This document shows, piece after piece, positions 6,291-16,048 of a stretch of DNA of 64,000 bases. Both the position numbers and the translations under genes were made by a program. Origin of the DNA: a virus. The stretch lies in the IMG/VR virus record IMGVR_UViG_3300045988_116799, positions 13,506 through 77,505 of that record. One strand, given 5' to 3'. Position 1 is the first letter of the stretch; every line of letters begins with the position of its first letter. Below the pieces are notes generated by a model that searched no databases, was not told where the DNA came from, and saw only the letters and a list, made by a program, of their open reading frames with translations.

Positions 6291-9167
6291 CTATTGCACG
6301 ATGCGACACTGGGCAGAACCGCCATAAAACACGTGCGGAATAGCAGCCGAGTGGTTCGCATTCAGAAACCGAGGCGAACAATACGCATGACTCGCATCGC
6401 CACGAAAGCGCACGGCTATGCGCACGCGCTGGTTGAGAGTAGAACTCCAGTACGGAAATGCCCACGAGTAGAAGCATTGCCAACTGCTAAGATTTCCTCC
6501 ATCGGCAATCTTGTATGGGATATACCCAAGTCTATTCTTACAGTAACCGTCCGACAAGATAGGAGAACCGAAAGTACCAATCTTACCATACGTAGACTCG
6601 AAGCCGAATGTGCCAAGATTGTTCTTGCTGACACCAGACTCATTCACCCACTTTGACTGGTTGGGTTCAAGATAGAAATCTATGTAGTTCTTTAACAGCT
6701 GCTCGGCATTGTAGCTGCCGTTGGTCTGCACCTTGTTAGTGCCCACCATCTCACAGCCGCCTCCCCAATAAGCAAAGACATCACCACTGACGTTCATGCC
6801 GTGCATGAGACTCATTCTAAGACTTAGCTCAAGGTCGTATGTAGCAAGCGTGTTAGCGTCTTTGTAGCCCTTACAAGTGCCAATCTTCTTGCGATACACC
6901 TTACAGTTCATCACTCCGTCAGCCAAGCCCTTTACGCCCGTTATGTTCTTATAGCGGTACGTTACGCCATACGCCTCATACTCGGTGTTCTCAGCAATTC
7001 CGAACTCTGCTGCCCACGATGCTGCCATCTGGCTCTCCATGCACTGCTCCTTTGAACGATATAAATTCACGAACCACGAAAAGTTATTCTTTTCCAACTT
7101 TTCGTTATGTCCAAATGGTGTGCTATCGCCAAATCCGCGATATGTCCATTCTTCCGTACCCTGTTCCTTGCATCGCACACCGCCATTGTCGAGCCATGTA
7201 TTCTCCGAGTTGCAAGCGTCATTGCTTGATATGCCCGAACCAAACAAATTATTGTCGTGCAAGTACTTTGTTCCATACAGCAGCTCCATACACAGTATAA
7301 AGGTGTTGACACCATGAAAACCTCCTTCGGCAAAGGGCAGTGGCGCATTGGTGTCAGCATTGTTGGCACGAGCCTTTTGCATGTTGCTCACCTGAGTCAT
7401 ATCCGATATACGAGGATATGTTCTACCATCGTTTACGTACATCGAACACATATTCTCGCCTGCTCCGCTCGGTCCGTTGGTGGTGTTTGTGTCACCCACG
7501 GCATAGACGTAGAAGAAGTTGCGTGTCTTGTTGCCTACCGTAGTAACAGGACAAGGAGACAGAGCCGTTCCAAGCAGAGGGTATCTGCCAGTATCAATGC
7601 CATCATAGCGCACCTGACGCTTGAAGATGCCCGTCAACACCTTACCGCTATCGCCAGTCTGACGGTCTACTGGATATAGGGTGTCGTAGCGACCGATCAT
7701 CACCGAATACTTTGTCTCTGTGGTCTCCCAAGGCAACAGCTGACGCACCTTGTTACCCTCTCCGTCGTACAAGTCTACCAAACCAAGCGAGTTGTACACC
7801 TCTGTTGCATCGTAAGGATGTGCGCCAGCCTTATCTGTCACAACAACACCATTTTTCAGCGTCAATGGAGTTGTGTGCTCGGCATCGGTATAGAGTTGTA
7901 CATCACACGCAGCACGCATCGCCTCCGTAATACCCACGGTAGGCGCAAACGCACCCGACACAAAGCGGAAGTGATTATTGTCCATCAACTGACCTACAGG
8001 GTGTGTAGCCTCGCCAGTGTTGTCGGTTTGGTCGATAAGGTACGGATGCCAATCGCCCAAGAACTCCTTGTTTCCCTTGCAGTTCTTGAAGTGAGGGTCG
8101 CCCGTCACCTCGTCGTTCTCGCCTACATAGTAATCCTTAACGTTCTCCTTCAGTTCGGCAATGTCAGCAGCGTTCTGTGCCACAGCCTCCTTAGTCTCCT
8201 TCATGTCCACTACAAGCTGATTCACCTTCTCGCCCTCACCGACTTTCACACTCTTGCTTTCACCCTCGCGATTGGTAACAGTCAGCAATCCGTCGTCGGC
8301 AAGAGTGGCATTGACGTTCTCGGCTGCTCTCACCGCATCCACTGTCGAGGCCGCACCCTTGTTGGCAGCATCAGCAGCAGCGTTGGCAGTGTCAGCAGCC
8401 GACTGTGCAGACATCACAGCCTGCTGGCTGGCATCAGCACGCTCCTGCTCAGCCGATACTCGCAGCTTCTCGTTAGCCATACGTCGCGCCTCCGCTTCCG
8501 CTCTCAGCTTCTCGTCGTTGCCTCGTGTGTTCTCAGCCTCCGTGCGGTTCGTCTCGTTGCTCGCACGCTGCGTCTCAGCCTCCGTGCGCTGAGTTTCAGC
8601 CTCTGCACGCTCATGCTCAGCCTTCACGCGCTCCTGCTCATTAGCTGTTGCCGTATTGTTAATAGCCACAGCCTTATCCACCTCCGCCTTAGCCTTACGC
8701 AGCGTGTCGGTAAGCTGTAGGTTGAGAGCTTCGCCCTGCTCAGCAGCCTCCTGCGCACGACTCGCCTGAGCCTGTGCCGATGCCGATGCCGAAGTCGCAG
8801 CCGTAGCCGCTGCATCCACCTTGTCCAAAGCAGCCTGTAGCCCAGCCGTAGCTGTAGTCACGCTCTCCGCAGCCTTAGCCGCTTCCGCTGCCTTGTCGTT
8901 AGCAGTTTTAGCAGCAGCGTTGGCAGCCGTAGCAGCCTCCTGCGCACTCTGAGCACCGTCGTGAGCGCTCTTAGCGTCCACGAGCAGGCTCCACCACTCG
9001 TCCTCACCCACAGGCTCGTGCCCGATGTTGCCGTCCGCCTTGCTCAGATAGGTGTTGCCGCCGTGCGTCACAAGCTGTAGCTTACAGTAAGTCACACTCG
9101 CGTCGTATGCCCCTTTAGGGTGCATGCCGACACTACCCATGTCAATGTACTTCTTTTCCATATTCAC
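6291..9167 (-). CDS. DGR target protein: receptor-binding tail fibre
   Basis: 958-aa ORF (GTG at 9167; the ATG at 9161 is a more likely start). Long Ala/Glu-rich coiled-coil N-terminal part, globular C-terminal part ending in the VR. Confidence 0.85.
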   Translation of the reverse strand: MNMEKKYIDMGSVGMHPKGAYDASVTYCKLQLVTHGGNTYLSKADGNIGHEPVGEDEWWSLLVDAKSAHDGAQSAQEAATAANAAAKTANDKAAEAAKAAESVTTATAGLQAALDKVDAAATAATSASASAQAQASRAQEAAEQGEALNLQLTDTLRKAKAEVDKAVAINNTATANEQERVKAEHERAEAETQRTEAETQRASNETNRTEAENTRGNDEKLRAEAEARRMANEKLRVSAEQERADASQQAVMSAQSAADTANAAADAANKGAASTVDAVRAAENVNATLADDGLLTVTNREGESKSVKVGEGEKVNQLVVDMKETKEAVAQNAADIAELKENVKDYYVGENDEVTGDPHFKNCKGNKEFLGDWHPYLIDQTDNTGEATHPVGQLMDNNHFRFVSGAFAPTVGITEAMRAACDVQLYTDAEHTTPLTLKNGVVVTDKAGAHPYDATEVYNSLGLVDLYDGEGNKVRQLLPWETTETKYSVMIGRYDTLYPVDRQTGDSGKVLTGIFKRQVRYDGIDTGRYPLLGTALSPCPVTTVGNKTRNFFYVYAVGDTNTTNGPSGAGENMCSMYVNDGRTYPRISDMTQVSNMQKARANNADTNAPLPFAEGGFHGVNTFILCMELLYGTKYLHDNNLFGSGISSNDACNSENTWLDNGGVRCKEQGTEEWTYRGFGDSTPFGHNEKLEKNNFSWFVNLYRSKEQCMESQMAASWAAEFGIAENTEYEAYGVTYRYKNITGVKGLADGVMNCKVYRKKIGTCKGYKDANTLATYDLELSLRMSLMHGMNVSGDVFAYWGGGCEMVGTNKVQTNGSYNAEQLLKNYIDFYLEPNQSKWVNESGVSKNNLGTFGFESTYGKIGTFGSPILSDGYCKNRLGYIPYKIADGGNLSSWQCFYSWAFPYWSSTLNQRVRIAVRFRGDASHAYCSPRFLNANHSAAIPHVFYGGSAQCRIVQ
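6310..6417 (-). repeat. DGR variable repeat (VR) in the C-terminus of the tail-fibre gene
   Basis: Matches the TR except at TR adenines; encodes ...RFRGDASHAYCSPRFLNANHSAAIPHVFYGGSAQ, ending about five codons before the stop. Confidence 0.9.
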
Positions 9168-9194
9168 TTGTTATTATAAAAATCGTTCTTCGTA

Positions 9195-9977
9195 TTAGTT
9201 CTGTGCTACGAGCAGATGTCCTTCTTCCGACAATTTGAATCTGTCCATATCGCCCTCCGTGATACAGGCAATCAGCTTACCTTCTACCACGTCAAACGTC
9301 GGGTAATCAAACGAACCCTTGGAGTATTTGTCTGTTTTTTCATATTCTCCCGTCTCCTCATTCCACTTCATCCAATATCCGTCCTCACCGATGATGTTCG
9401 GATGGTCAGCCAGCGCCTTGGCACGGTCGCCCTGCTCGTTAGCATATCCGGCAGCGGTATTAGCCGATATGGTAGCAGCGCCAGCATCCCCTACAGCCTT
9501 GTCTATGCGCACGTCCACCTCGCTCAGTTTAGCGTCCACATTGCCGATAGCCTCGCCAGCGCTCTCAATCAGCTTGCCCAGCTCCACGCTCGGAGGCAGC
9601 ACAACGATAGCCGTGTCCATCTCCACCGAGTCCTCGCCCTCTATCACCTCGCCAAACGCCGTATCACCCTTTGCATTATTGTCCACGAGCATAATCTGCT
9701 CATACTCGTTACTGCGCCAAGAACAGCCGAACAGCTTTCCGTGTACCTCCAGGGCGTATGAGCCGAGTGCCATTTCCGAGCTTCGCACCGTAGCCTCTAT
9801 CAGCGAGTCGTCTTCCGCACTAATCGCGAACGTCAGCTTTCTGCGCCTGAAGGCATTCACAAGATTCACCTCCACCTCCTCACAGGCAGGCAACGGAAAC
9901 TTCTCCGTCTGTCCGCCCACGATTTTACGCACCGGGATGCGAAGCGTAAAATCATTACCTCTTACAATCTTTTTCAT
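9195..9977 (-). CDS. Tail/baseplate-associated structural protein
   Basis: 260-aa ORF between the Tal-like protein and the fibre; assigned by position only. Confidence 0.45.
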   Translation of the reverse strand: MKKIVRGNDFTLRIPVRKIVGGQTEKFPLPACEEVEVNLVNAFRRRKLTFAISAEDDSLIEATVRSSEMALGSYALEVHGKLFGCSWRSNEYEQIMLVDNNAKGDTAFGEVIEGEDSVEMDTAIVVLPPSVELGKLIESAGEAIGNVDAKLSEVDVRIDKAVGDAGAATISANTAAGYANEQGDRAKALADHPNIIGEDGYWMKWNEETGEYEKTDKYSKGSFDYPTFDVVEGKLIACITEGDMDRFKLSEEGHLLVAQN

Positions 9978-10000
9978 AGTTCCATCATTTATAAATAGCC

Positions 10001-13000
10001 TTAATACTCACTCATTCGGCCTGTAATGTACGTGCAATTCCAATCCGTGCCGTCATAGATAAACAGAGATATTTGTCCTCGCGAGTTAGACAGACGCTGT
10101 TGCGTCACATCTGTTCCTCCTGCGGTTCGGATATTCTTTTTGTTGCTCTTTATGTAGACCTTTCCGCCACCCTTCTGTATCACTGTCACCTGCTGACCTG
10201 CGATTGGTTGTGTCGGTAACGATACGGTGATTGCGTAACTTTCATTTTTAGCTACCACAAGCCCCGTACTGTTGCCCATGCCCGAATCACTTCCGGTGTC
10301 ATGCACATGATTTACAAACACACCACGGATAGCCGCATTAGTCTCCATCACGATGCCTCCTTGAGGTTTGTAAAGATATACTGCCGGAGTCTCACCCCCG
10401 AATGGCGAATATACATAAGCAGTCAGTTGTGCTGTACCAAACGTAGCACCGGGTATCGCGTAGCCCGTCGGCAAGCCCCAATCGTTTGTGGCGCCTCTTG
10501 CAACGGTGTAAGCCGACTTGCCCAGCCAGATGCCAGTATAATTGCCGGCACCGTCACCACAACCGAACTCAGTCACCTGTGCTCCAGTACGCATATATCC
10601 TGAAATTGGGTTGCCGCTGCGCACAAAAGCAGGTGTGTACTGTATCATGCTGCCGCTTATATTTACGTTTCCTACTGTCGTGTCGTTAGCTGTGATAATG
10701 TCGCAACCAAGATTTTCATCGTGCTCAATCGCCCAAATTCCGAATCTACTGCTGCCTGTCACATTCAGATTCCCTGCTTCCACGCTCTCGGTTCTCAGAG
10801 TGTCGATTACCGCTTGCTTAGCTTTTATAAGATTAGCATTAATAGCACCGTCCTTGAACACAGCGGTCTCTTTACCGCTTTGGTCTCTGAACACCGTCTT
10901 GTCTGCCGTCAGCGTTATCTGCTTGCTGTTAATATCAATGCCAGCAGCAAGCAGTCGCGACGACATAGAGCGACTTGTCGTGTACTCCGTCACCGTAGCG
11001 CCGTATTCCAGCTTCGGCTGAGATACATAGAGGTCACAACCCTGCATACAGCGTATAAGCACGTATTTAGGCAGATTGCCGCCTACCACTCTCCAGTGCA
11101 CCCAGTATCGTTTCCATACATAGTCTTCCTTAAACTCCACCTGAGCGTTGCCGTCTGCTGCTTGATGTTGATTAGGACCGTCTACTCTGTCTAATACCTC
11201 AGTATATACAACTTGATTACCGTCTTTGTATAAGTACGCTACGAACTTACCTCCGATATTACCCTTTGCCATAAACGAGAGCATATAGTCCTGTCCTTTT
11301 TTCACCACATCGTCACCTAAAGTCCACTCCAGCATATTAATGCTATTGACATTAGTAGCATTTCTAATGTCAGTATTCAGCGTAGGCAGACCGTTATACG
11401 TCTGCCTAATTTTTTCGTCAGCGCTGTCATTTTTAGGATGTAGAGTCGAATAGCTTTCATCACGCCAAGTCAGATTGCCTCCTACATGCAACGTATCAGT
11501 ATTATCAAGCAAATTGCCCCCGACATAATCCGCATCCTCCTTCGACAGCGACCAACCTACATATTCGTCGCCCTCGACGAGCATAGGCTGGCTGAGGTAA
11601 AATGCGCCATCTTTATCAAGATTTGTAAGTATGTCTACCTGTATGTATTCATAAGGAGCATCAGGTTGCACTGTTATAACTCCTTCAATACGTTCCCATT
11701 GTGTTCCAACCGTTTTCTGCGCCACAAAGCCACTGCCATTAGGCCCTTTATATCCTTCTGCCGAATCGACACTTGTAGCATTCTTTGTCCAAACCGCCTC
11801 TAATGCCACAGTAATGGGTGTCGTCGCTTTTGCCATCACGGAAAAATGGTATTTCTTACCCTTTTCGACTTTGATATTACGACCGCCTACATACGTATTA
11901 TAACACCATTTTAGGCCGGTGAAACCTTTTTTTGAACAACAACACGAATTAACTCCGTTATATTGTTCAAGTATAGAAATAAAGGAATCACCAACGAGAA
12001 ACACTCCTTCACCCTGCCTTCTCAGCGCACTCCCAACAAGCAAATTCTTCCTGCCCACAGCCGTTTCGCTCACCTTCAGCGAAATATCCCGTGCCGTCTG
12101 CTTGATAGTCGAAGTGTAGTCCGTCAGCTCGCCCTGTGTCTTCAGAGGTAGGTTATTGTATTTGTTGCTAATCTCAGAGAAACTACTTGTCAACCCGTAC
12201 ATATTCATCTCGATGCCGCCCCACACCGCCGACACTTCAATGTCCACCTTCAGCGTGGTATAGATATAGCTGTCCGTACCATCAGCAGCTTTATACCTCG
12301 CAGCTAAAGTGACACTCGCAGTAGTCACTGGCACCAGAATGGTCGTGCCGTCAGATGCCGTGACAGTATGTTGAAAGACATCCTTGATACGGACGTAAAA
12401 ACCATCGTTGTCTGCTTCCACTACCGCGTCACAACCTCTCGGTTGCGCGGAAGGGTAGCCGAGAATATGACTCATACCCCAGTCCTCACCGTCACGACTG
12501 AATTTTACCCGTGCTACACTGTCCGAATCTATCACAGCAGACACATTGCCGTCGCTGTCCCGTTCAGTAGAGAGTACGAGAGGATTAGGATTCCATAACG
12601 CAACAATAGCGCTCTCACCGTCCTTACCTGGTTTGCCTTGCGCTCCTGGTTGTCCGTCCGCTCCTGGCTCTCCTTGCGCTCCCTGAGGGCCACGGTCGCC
12701 AGTATCACCCTTCTCGCCCTTCTCCGCCTTCATCACCAGCTGCCAGTCGGCGTTGCCCTCCTTAGGCTCCGTAGTGCTGCCCTCGCTGTTAGTACACAGC
12801 CACACACCGTTATTATGCGAAACCTGGTCATAATAGCTGTAGCTCACACCATTCTGCCACTCGCCTCTGTAGTTCACAATGTGTATCGTGTCACCAGTAG
12901 GCGACACCCACTCAAACGACGTAGACACAAACTTACAGCCATCAGGCGAAACATAGAACACCTCGCAGCCCTCATGCGAATATCCCAAAACACCCTTATA

Positions 13001-15604
13001 CGCCACAATACGAGGAGTGCCAGGCCCCGTCGTCTCCAGTATCATCACGCCCTGGCGGTCACGCTCGTTAGGATTCTGATTGCCGTCAAGCACAATTGTG
13101 TCGCCAGCCATCGGCACGTCGCTGCCCAGCTCGCAGTTGTCCTTGGCTATCTCTATCCACCCGAACTTCTTGCCGTCATACAGCACATTGCCTTCCTCGT
13201 CAGTCAGCGCCACATTCTCATCGCTCACAGCCGTCACCAGTCGCCACCACGAGCGCGTCGGCTTCTGCTTGTTGGCAAGCCCGAACGTCTGGCAGCGGGC
13301 CTGGTCGCCCACACGCCACAAGTTCTGCGTAGCCGTAGTGCCGTCGTCGGCCAGCAGCCAGCAGCGCCAGCCTTTCAGCACGCCAGCCTCTATCAGCTCC
13401 TCAGTCTTGAATATCTTGCCGCCCGAACCGCTCAGGTACACATTGCCACCGGCATACGACAGCTTCCTCACCTCTAACTCTTGGAAAATAGCCTTGCCCC
13501 ACACCTGTAGTTCGTGAATGTCAAGCCTATACTTGCCGTCGCCACGGTCTACGATGCCAAACCCCTGCTGTGTCGCCCCGTTATAGCCCAGTGACACGAT
13601 ACGTCGCAGCACAGCGTTGCCCAACACTGCATTACCCTCCGCATCGACACCCTTTTCACCGTCACCTATCTTAAGACCCTTCATAAAGCGTATCTGTCCC
13701 TGAGCAATATCGTCATATTGCTTCGACAGAAAGTACTTGCTGCCATATTTAGAGACGATACTATTAAATTGTGAACCAGAATAGCTACTGCCGTTACCAT
13801 TTGAACTATTAGCAATGATTGTCTGCACATCATCTTTTAATTGTGTGACAGTTCCCTTGTTCGCCTGATTGCCGACTGTGATTTCTTGAATAAAATCATA
13901 ATCCAGATTGGTCGTTACCTTTAAAATTCGAGTGTCAAGTGTATAACCTTGACCATCGCTATATTTTACCTTTTGTCCAATTTGTAATCTCGGATTATTT
14001 GCTTCAAACACCTGCGGATATACAGAAAATTCGTAGTTGTTTAAATCTGAATTTAACCGTTCAATTTCTTTTATCGCTTTGTTCAACAATTTTTCTTGTG
14101 CGTCTTTCTGATATTGTTCAGACATCGCGATATTGTACAGGACAGTAATATTACAGCTTAAATTTGGCAAAGATTCGCCACGAGGTATCAACCTTTCATT
14201 TTCATTTGTCGGTATTATAAGATTATTCTCTTCTTGATAAATTATCTCATAGTCACCGCTCAAAATATTAAAATTGGCTGAATCTACATCATCAGAATCA
14301 TGCGCTGAATAATTGTCCTTGTGATATTTCAGCTCAAAACCAACATGCTCTCCATTTGTTCCACGACCTGCCAACGGGGTAGACAATGCATTAATGTTCG
14401 TATTCGCTTCGAATGAGCATGACAATGTTTTGCCGTTAACAATTAAATTGTCGGTTATTTCAAAGTCATACCAATAATGTGTTACCCCATCGTCTACAGT
14501 TTTATTCACAAGTTTTTTGGTCTTGTCTTCTGTATTTGTGCAGTACGCAAGGCGCATATACCACACCGTGAAGGTTTTATACGTTGCAACACTGCCGTCA
14601 GCATTATATGTAAGTGGTATTTTCTTTTTCGTAGTATCATCAAGAACATATTTTTGTCTTCCTCTAACTTTGTAAACATAAGTGTTTAGCGAAGGGAAAA
14701 CGTCAGAGAAATTCAGTACTTTTGTCAGCAAAGGTTCTTTGGTCTTGTCTTTGCGCAAGTCTATCGTAGAGAAATCGTCTACAGTGTATTCAACTTCTTT
14801 ACCGTTAATGCTGACAATCCCTTTTCCGCTTGCTAATTGCAATCGTATATCACTTGAAGAAACGTTCTCTCCTAAACTGTTTGTCTGTGTAATATTACGT
14901 GTACCACCAAACACGGTGTATGCATTATAGTAATTCTCTTTGCTTTCTGTGACAGATGGAGTTCCTATATTTCTTCCTACTTCTAACGGCACAGCAACTT
15001 CATCCAAGACAACTTTGCCAAGATAAATGTCTTCGTTGTCGTAATCTATATGCCATTCACACGTATCTCCTTCCGCATTTGCTATAGAAGACAAAGCAGA
15101 CAATACGTCATTATCAGAAAACGATACGGATAAAGAATTTTTTAATTCACCAGACAAAACTGACTTCCATCCGCATTTGCCAAACTGAATATCATTGTTT
15201 AGGAAATCGCATATTTTACCCATTATAACATCAGGCGTACCAACGAAAGTCCAGTTAGTCTGTTTTATGGTCTCGTTTTGCGAGTTTTTTGTTTTTATAT
15301 AGAAAGGTATTTTGCCTAACAACATTTTCGGATGCTGAAACTCCGGCGTATACTTCCACGACATTTCGTCAGTTTGCACTGGCTCGTAAGGTTCAAGCAG
15401 AGAAAAACGCTGTGTCACCTTGCGTGTCTGGTCTATATAATACGTGTGTACAATGTAAGCTCCGACGGGTAAAATGATTTTACAAGCAGCACTAAAAGAC
15501 AACGAGATAAAGTCGGACTTTGAAAGCTCTTCTTCTCGTTGTGCTTCTTTTGTGATAGGCGCTTGCATTATTATCTCGCCGTCAAGATTGTATATGTTTA
15601 TCAT
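10001..15604 (-). CDS. Large tail tip protein (Tal-like host-specificity protein) with collagen-like repeat
   Basis: 1867-aa ORF directly after the Dit-like gene. Contains a Gly-X-Y run GEKGDTGDRGPQGAQGEPGADGQPGAQGKPGKDGE (~12618-12725). ATGA overlap with the upstream gene. Confidence 0.75.
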   Translation of the reverse strand: MINIYNLDGEIIMQAPITKEAQREEELSKSDFISLSFSAACKIILPVGAYIVHTYYIDQTRKVTQRFSLLEPYEPVQTDEMSWKYTPEFQHPKMLLGKIPFYIKTKNSQNETIKQTNWTFVGTPDVIMGKICDFLNNDIQFGKCGWKSVLSGELKNSLSVSFSDNDVLSALSSIANAEGDTCEWHIDYDNEDIYLGKVVLDEVAVPLEVGRNIGTPSVTESKENYYNAYTVFGGTRNITQTNSLGENVSSSDIRLQLASGKGIVSINGKEVEYTVDDFSTIDLRKDKTKEPLLTKVLNFSDVFPSLNTYVYKVRGRQKYVLDDTTKKKIPLTYNADGSVATYKTFTVWYMRLAYCTNTEDKTKKLVNKTVDDGVTHYWYDFEITDNLIVNGKTLSCSFEANTNINALSTPLAGRGTNGEHVGFELKYHKDNYSAHDSDDVDSANFNILSGDYEIIYQEENNLIIPTNENERLIPRGESLPNLSCNITVLYNIAMSEQYQKDAQEKLLNKAIKEIERLNSDLNNYEFSVYPQVFEANNPRLQIGQKVKYSDGQGYTLDTRILKVTTNLDYDFIQEITVGNQANKGTVTQLKDDVQTIIANSSNGNGSSYSGSQFNSIVSKYGSKYFLSKQYDDIAQGQIRFMKGLKIGDGEKGVDAEGNAVLGNAVLRRIVSLGYNGATQQGFGIVDRGDGKYRLDIHELQVWGKAIFQELEVRKLSYAGGNVYLSGSGGKIFKTEELIEAGVLKGWRCWLLADDGTTATQNLWRVGDQARCQTFGLANKQKPTRSWWRLVTAVSDENVALTDEEGNVLYDGKKFGWIEIAKDNCELGSDVPMAGDTIVLDGNQNPNERDRQGVMILETTGPGTPRIVAYKGVLGYSHEGCEVFYVSPDGCKFVSTSFEWVSPTGDTIHIVNYRGEWQNGVSYSYYDQVSHNNGVWLCTNSEGSTTEPKEGNADWQLVMKAEKGEKGDTGDRGPQGAQGEPGADGQPGAQGKPGKDGESAIVALWNPNPLVLSTERDSDGNVSAVIDSDSVARVKFSRDGEDWGMSHILGYPSAQPRGCDAVVEADNDGFYVRIKDVFQHTVTASDGTTILVPVTTASVTLAARYKAADGTDSYIYTTLKVDIEVSAVWGGIEMNMYGLTSSFSEISNKYNNLPLKTQGELTDYTSTIKQTARDISLKVSETAVGRKNLLVGSALRRQGEGVFLVGDSFISILEQYNGVNSCCCSKKGFTGLKWCYNTYVGGRNIKVEKGKKYHFSVMAKATTPITVALEAVWTKNATSVDSAEGYKGPNGSGFVAQKTVGTQWERIEGVITVQPDAPYEYIQVDILTNLDKDGAFYLSQPMLVEGDEYVGWSLSKEDADYVGGNLLDNTDTLHVGGNLTWRDESYSTLHPKNDSADEKIRQTYNGLPTLNTDIRNATNVNSINMLEWTLGDDVVKKGQDYMLSFMAKGNIGGKFVAYLYKDGNQVVYTEVLDRVDGPNQHQAADGNAQVEFKEDYVWKRYWVHWRVVGGNLPKYVLIRCMQGCDLYVSQPKLEYGATVTEYTTSRSMSSRLLAAGIDINSKQITLTADKTVFRDQSGKETAVFKDGAINANLIKAKQAVIDTLRTESVEAGNLNVTGSSRFGIWAIEHDENLGCDIITANDTTVGNVNISGSMIQYTPAFVRSGNPISGYMRTGAQVTEFGCGDGAGNYTGIWLGKSAYTVARGATNDWGLPTGYAIPGATFGTAQLTAYVYSPFGGETPAVYLYKPQGGIVMETNAAIRGVFVNHVHDTGSDSGMGNSTGLVVAKNESYAITVSLPTQPIAGQQVTVIQKGGGKVYIKSNKKNIRTAGGTDVTQQRLSNSRGQISLFIYDGTDWNCTYITGRMSEY

Positions 15605-16047
15605 ATTTTTTCTCTGTCGTTAGGGTTGTTTTCCGTTAATCGCAATGTAAAGTTACTTTTTTTCAAGCCGTAATCCCCATATTTTGAGCATTGCGAATAA
15701 ACAAACTTAAAGACACGTTTTAGACAAGGTACTTTTAGACAAAATTCTCCACTGTAAGCTATTTTGTCAAGAAAAGCTTCGTATTTGTCGAGATAATCTT
15801 CTTGTGTCGAACCTTCTAAAAAGAAAGATAGACTAACCTCCCGTTTGTCTTTCTTTGCATATTTTGCAGCTGCCAACACTGACACTCCATTTTCTAAACG
15901 ACTATCGTTCGAGACGAATGATTTTACAGGAGGAGGAGTAAGCAGAGCTTCCCTCCATCCTCTTGTTAATGTTACACCGTAGGTAGATATGTCGATATAA
16001 GCATCATTATTTTCGCTTACCAATTTTATAAATGCTTGATTTTTCAT
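15601..16047 (-). CDS. Distal tail protein (Dit-like)
   Basis: 148-aa ORF between the tape measure and the Tal-like gene; positional call. Confidence 0.45.
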   Translation of the reverse strand: MKNQAFIKLVSENNDAYIDISTYGVTLTRGWREALLTPPPVKSFVSNDSRLENGVSVLAAAKYAKKDKREVSLSFFLEGSTQEDYLDKYEAFLDKIAYSGEFCLKVPCLKRVFKFVYSQCSKYGDYGLKKSNFTLRLTENNPNDREKI

Positions 16048-16048
16048 T

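Larger units (their letters stand above)
4332..9167 (-). mobile_element. Diversity-generating retroelement cassette (target/VR - hairpin - TR - RT)
   Basis: Co-oriented target gene with VR, TR and RT, with an adenine-specific TR/VR mismatch pattern. Confidence 0.9.

Noticed and set aside
6225-6300. CRISPR-like reading of the short periodic repeats here and at 63799-63990
   Set aside because: The units are 10 nt and 6 nt with no spacers, there are no cas genes, and one array lies within an ORF. These are not CRISPR arrays.
7818-8720. 300-aa plus-strand ORF, and neighbours 8254..8592 and 8624..8815, inside the fibre gene
   Set aside because: They lie antisense or alternate-frame to a 958-aa ORF that has DGR support. 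Their composition is Ser/Leu/Arg-rich low complexity, typical of shadow ORFs in GC-skewed repeats.
12638-13477. 279-aa plus-strand ORF and other long plus-strand ORFs (9319..10026, 10542..11021, 3642..4328, 20364..20786, 18918..19349)
   Set aside because: All lie antisense to long, well-supported structural genes, have no plausible promoters or starts, and have biased composition. They were treated as shadow ORFs.
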